Shown piece after piece: positions 63,584 to 64,000 of a DNA stretch of 64,000 nucleotides (position 1 is its first letter; each line of letters starts with the position of its first letter). A program made the position numbers and the translations under genes. The notes below the pieces were generated by a model. It was not told the DNA's origin, did not search any database, and saw nothing but the letters and a program-made list of their open reading frames with translations. The DNA lies in NCBI RefSeq assembly GCF_000143415.4, contig NW_003314266.1:3418398-3482397 (forward strand), in the 5' to 3' direction. Source of the stretch: Selaginella moellendorffii. Taxonomy: Eukaryota > Plantae > Lycopodiophyta.

Positions 63584-64000
63584 TGTAATTTCCCGTTATA
63601 AACCACAAATTTTTTCTTTCCAATTTGTCAGTTTACCTTGTCTATCTGCCACCTTGGCCTTAGCTAAGTTCCCTCGCCAAAGTTCTAACCTATTGTACCA
63701 GCTCCTACTTGGTCTTACTTTGTTTCAGCTACTCATTGCACAAGCAACGGAGCATTAGCCATCCATTCACAGATTCCTAAATCTCTCCCAATCCCCCTCC
63801 CCGGGTTAGACTGGACTTAAATTTCAACTATAGTCCCCGCATGCACAAGCAGCCAAGCACACAAAACCTCTATGTTCCTAACATCCCTTAGTGCAATAAG
63901 GCTTGATCATGGGACCCTTTAAATCCCAAGCCTTGGGTGCAACACTTGCTTCGGGACACCGAGGGGAAACACTGTGGCCTAACAGCCCGGTATAGGTACC
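63584..64000. mobile_element. Probable LTR inserted into the gypsy integrase (runs off window)
   Basis: Integrase similarity stops abruptly at tgtaat, followed by non-coding LTR-like sequence. Confidence 0.4.

Overview
Eukaryotic land-plant nuclear DNA. Very short introns, tight gene packing and PLS-type PPR debris are consistent with a lycophyte such as Selaginella (inference, not shown directly). The window has three zones. (1) 1-28.5 kb is a retrotransposon nest: a Ty1/copia pol interrupted by a young TRIM-like element, an ~8.16 kb-offset near-identical duplication carrying two intact papain-family (C1A) cysteine protease genes, AT-eroded Ty3/gypsy relics, and a 1.8 kb solo LTR with an internal minisatellite. 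It ends in a (TA)n tract and an assembly gap. (2) 31.4-44.2 kb is a compact conserved gene block: plastid ribosomal protein L1, an orphan gene behind a P1BS/GTAC motif array, a GATA-like/PHD zinc-finger protein, an uncharacterised ...EWTY* family gene, an intronless PILS auxin carrier and acetylornithine deacetylase. (3) 44.2-64 kb is a rearranged mosaic of repeated intron-containing NAOD fragments, three F-box paralogues, PPR, LINE and protease fragments, AT-rich foldback elements, a Pro-rich membrane-anchored protein gene and a gypsy relic. No prokaryotic-type system is present. All alignments were done by eye.
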